Origin: Thermoplasmatota archaeon
GTDB lineage: Archaea > Thermoplasmatota > Penumbrarchaeia > Penumbrarchaeales > Penumbrarchaeaceae
DNA: 14,896 nt
Direction: 5' to 3'
Assembly (NCBI GenBank): GCA_029762535.1
Contig: JARVGK010000047.1
Span: 1-14,896, forward strand
The notes beneath the pieces are model-generated. The model saw nothing but the letters and a program-made list of their open reading frames with translations, had not been told where the DNA came from and ran no database searches. Of this stretch, positions 14,494 through 14,896 are shown piece by piece. Made by a program: the position numbers and the translations under genes. How positions within the stretch are numbered: position 1 is the stretch's first letter; every line of letters begins with the position of its first letter.

Positions 14494-14896
14494 TCATCCG
14501 TCTCCGGAGTACTTGAACACCATCTCACCGAGATCGGATCCCAGATACTCGGAGACGACATCGCATTTGACGACGAGAAGGAAGAACACTCCCTTGGCAT
14601 CGCTGAGCGATTCGAAATTACCCTGTCCCTTGGAGACGATGATGTCCGCCGTCTTGAAAAGATCGAGATGTTCGGGTTTGATCCACCCGTCCTCCGGAAG
14701 ATCCACGATCTCTATGTAGTCGTCATCGATCCCCGCCTCGAGGGCGTCCTCCCTGGTAACATCGTTCAAAAGCGGGGATCTCTTCACGACGGCCTTGAAA
14801 CTCAATGAAGGATGATATCTGTGTATCGTCCTCATCAGGAGGTTGTCAAAGACCACCTCTCCCGAGTTATCGAGTATCATCACCATCTCCCTGGCG
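14494..14896 (-). CDS. DUF89 / ARMT1-like damage-control metal-dependent phosphatase, C-terminal part (5' end outside the window)
   Basis: LDNSGEVVFD, P.LNDVT.ED, ADIIVSKGQGNFESL, FFLLVVKC motifs; frame stays open to the window edge. Confidence 0.9.
   Translation of the reverse strand, partial: AREMVMILDNSGEVVFDNLLMRTIHRYHPSLSFKAVVKRSPLLNDVTREDALEAGIDDDYIEIVDLPEDGWIKPEHLDLFKTADIIVSKGQGNFESLSDAKGVFFLLVVKCDVVSEYLGSDLGEMVFKYSGDG

Overview
Archaeal chromosomal segment with GC-rich coding DNA, TATA-box promoters and a BHB-intron tRNA; the gene content suggests Thermoplasmatota (inference). It is bounded by tRNA-Pro(CGG) on the left and an intron-containing elongator tRNA-Met(CAT) on the right. 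The genes in order are a wHTH-STAND NTPase-TPR protein, an uncharacterised radical SAM protein, pdxT, a small Ig/PKD-like membrane-anchored protein, a nadM-pncC(CinA-C) pair, purB, a translationally coupled operon of three unknown N-terminally anchored (possibly pilin-like) proteins, a divergent surface protein with an integrin-alpha-like layout (7-blade FG-GAP-type propeller, Ig-like stalk, TM helix), and a truncated DUF89/ARMT1-like phosphatase. The most unusual DNA is an array of four ~110-bp units fused to the tRNA-Pro 3' end (111-526). Each unit starts with the same 18-nt copy of the tRNA 3' end and folds back on it around an exactly 24-nt loop. The three complete units also end in a second, co-varying hairpin 4 nt before the next repeat. 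An inverted copy of part of the tRNA 3' half also follows tRNA-Met. No integrase, transposase or cas gene is visible in the window.
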